Shown: positions 17,809 to 18,246 of the stretch, piece after piece
Position numbering within the stretch: position 1 is the first letter of the stretch
How the letters are laid out: the number at the start of each line of letters is the position of its first letter
Assembly (NCBI GenBank): GCA_964583985.1
Contig: CAZOYD010000064.1
Location: 1-18,246 of the forward strand
DNA length: 18,246 nucleotides
Source of the DNA: an uncultured archaeon
Lineage (GTDB): Archaea > Asgardarchaeota > Lokiarchaeia > Sigyniarchaeales > SOKP01
Direction of reading: 5' to 3'
Program-made: the position numbers and the translations under genes
The notes under the pieces: model-generated
What the model was told of the DNA's origin: nothing
Databases searched by the model: none
The model's input: only the letters and a program-made list of their open reading frames with translations

Positions 17809-18246
17809 TTATCTAAATAATTCTCTTTCTGTATATTCAATATAATAATAATATGGGTCGATATAATTATCTTGAGGATCAAAACTAACCCAGACTTCTG
17901 CATTATTTGGCCAATTTCCAATTAAGATTGAGATATTAAACCACCCAGTTCCGTTAGTAAGACCCGTTGCAGAAATTATGGTAGCTCCATAACTATCTTT
18001 TATCGTGATGGTAATTTCTTTACCAATTATTGCAGTGCCATTATCCCACCTTAAATAACCAAATGCATATAAAGTATCACCTTCATAAAATTGATCCTTA
18101 ACGACTTGCGTATCGTAATTACCAGAAATAATTACTCGTGCGGTTATATTTACTGGAACCGCCATGCTACTAGCATGAATCATGTAATTGCTTAAAGAGA
18201 TTCCCGCTTCGTTTATACTTCCATTAAAATCAATCCTAAAATAATA
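17809..18246 (-). CDS. 3' end of a larger secreted beta-sandwich repeat protein (partial; frame is open to the window edge)
   Basis: Upstream of ATG 18183 the frame continues without a stop (YYFRIDFNGSINEAGISLSNY) to position 18246. It has the same repeat type as the neighbour (LYAFGYLRWDNGT...TNGTGWF). Confidence 0.75.
   Translation of the reverse strand, partial: YYFRIDFNGSINEAGISLSNYMIHASSMAVPVNITARVIISGNYDTQVVKDQFYEGDTLYAFGYLRWDNGTAIIGKEITITIKDSYGATIISATGLTNGTGWFNISILIGNWPNNAEVWVSFDPQDNYIDPYYYYIEYTERELFR

Noticed and set aside
1-18246. tRNA/rRNA genes, CRISPR arrays, IS elements
   Set aside because: Intergenic gaps are short and very AT-rich. I saw no cloverleaf, regularly spaced repeat or transposase ORF.

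Overview
AT-rich archaeal chromosomal segment, most likely Asgard/Lokiarchaeia-like. That assignment is inferred from a longin-like protein, LipS1/LipS2, cofD/cofE, GGTGA(T)-type RBS motifs and an archaeal-type LeuRS C-terminus. Gene order: bacterial-type tpiA (+); a putative longin/roadblock-like protein (-); leuS (-); a tightly packed + strand cofactor operon (lipS2, lipoate-protein ligase, lipS1, cofE-nitroreductase fusion, cofD); and a convergent - strand MoxR/DUF58 membrane and surface-protein cluster that runs off the right edge. The main finding is that leuS, which the ORF track shows as two ORFs, is a single gene interrupted by two 30-nt insertions (4428-4457 and 4237-4266). Each insertion folds with its flanks into a canonical bulge-helix-bulge (hBHBh') motif. 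Cutting at the standard tRNA-splicing-endonuclease positions removes exactly 30 nt each, deletes the in-frame TAG and restores the conserved LeuRS motifs GYD|[10 protein letters not shown] and YYK|WDQW. This gives a 926-aa LeuRS and points to tRNA-type introns in the mRNA of an essential aminoacyl-tRNA synthetase.
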